Origin: a virus
Reading direction: 5' to 3' (one strand)
IMG/VR virus record: IMGVR_UViG_3300042565_001021
Span: 64,001 to 128,000 of that record
Length of the DNA: 64,000 bases
Below the pieces are notes generated by a model that did no database searches, was not told where the DNA came from, and saw only the letters and a list, made by a program, of their open reading frames with translations. Position numbers and translations under genes: made by a program. Positions within the stretch are counted from its first letter, which is position 1. Each line of letters opens with the position of its first letter. Below are positions 63,934 through 64,000 of this stretch, one piece after another.

Positions 63934-64000
63934 TTTTCTCTCTTATAAAAACGTTGTTTAGTATTTACTGCTGGTACGGATCCGACAACGAATTCTCCGC

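Noticed and set aside
1-64000. Stop-codon reassignment, tRNA genes, inteins
   Set aside because: Core genes (ligase, nrdJ, clpP) are intact and of normal length in the standard code; no cloverleaf was noticed by eye, though tRNAscan-SE was not run.

Overview
A 64-kb, gene-dense, mostly minus-strand segment of a large T4-superfamily-like (jumbo) myophage. Support: TAAATA late-promoter boxes, repeated sigma70-type early promoters, Rnl1 RNA ligase, ATP-dependent DNA ligase, class II RNR, ClpP, ClpS, bS21, SleB, PAAR and GIY-YIG endonucleases. The host is possibly a betaproteobacterium (inference). No tRNA, rRNA or CRISPR array was seen. Four features stand out. (1) Two tandem arrays of about 24 small paralogues end in an 'F.F..E.DA..F.L(K/R)W' motif, and three of them carry short grafted copies of highly conserved blocks of the gp23-type major capsid protein, one being a Gol-peptide look-alike: a candidate capsid-mimic or decoy display system. 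(2) A run of 13 consecutive genes, plus scattered others, encodes unrelated enzymes (kinase-like, ART-like, GNAT, nucleotidyltransferase, ParB-like) that all start with a T4 internal-protein-like capsid-targeting leader: a candidate virion-packaged effector arsenal. (3) Four divergent antisense GIY-YIG genes share a covarying structured 5' leader. (4) One of these endonuclease cassettes splits RNA ligase 1 into two separately expressed halves. All assignments are from motif recognition by eye and recalled reference sequences; no database searches were run.
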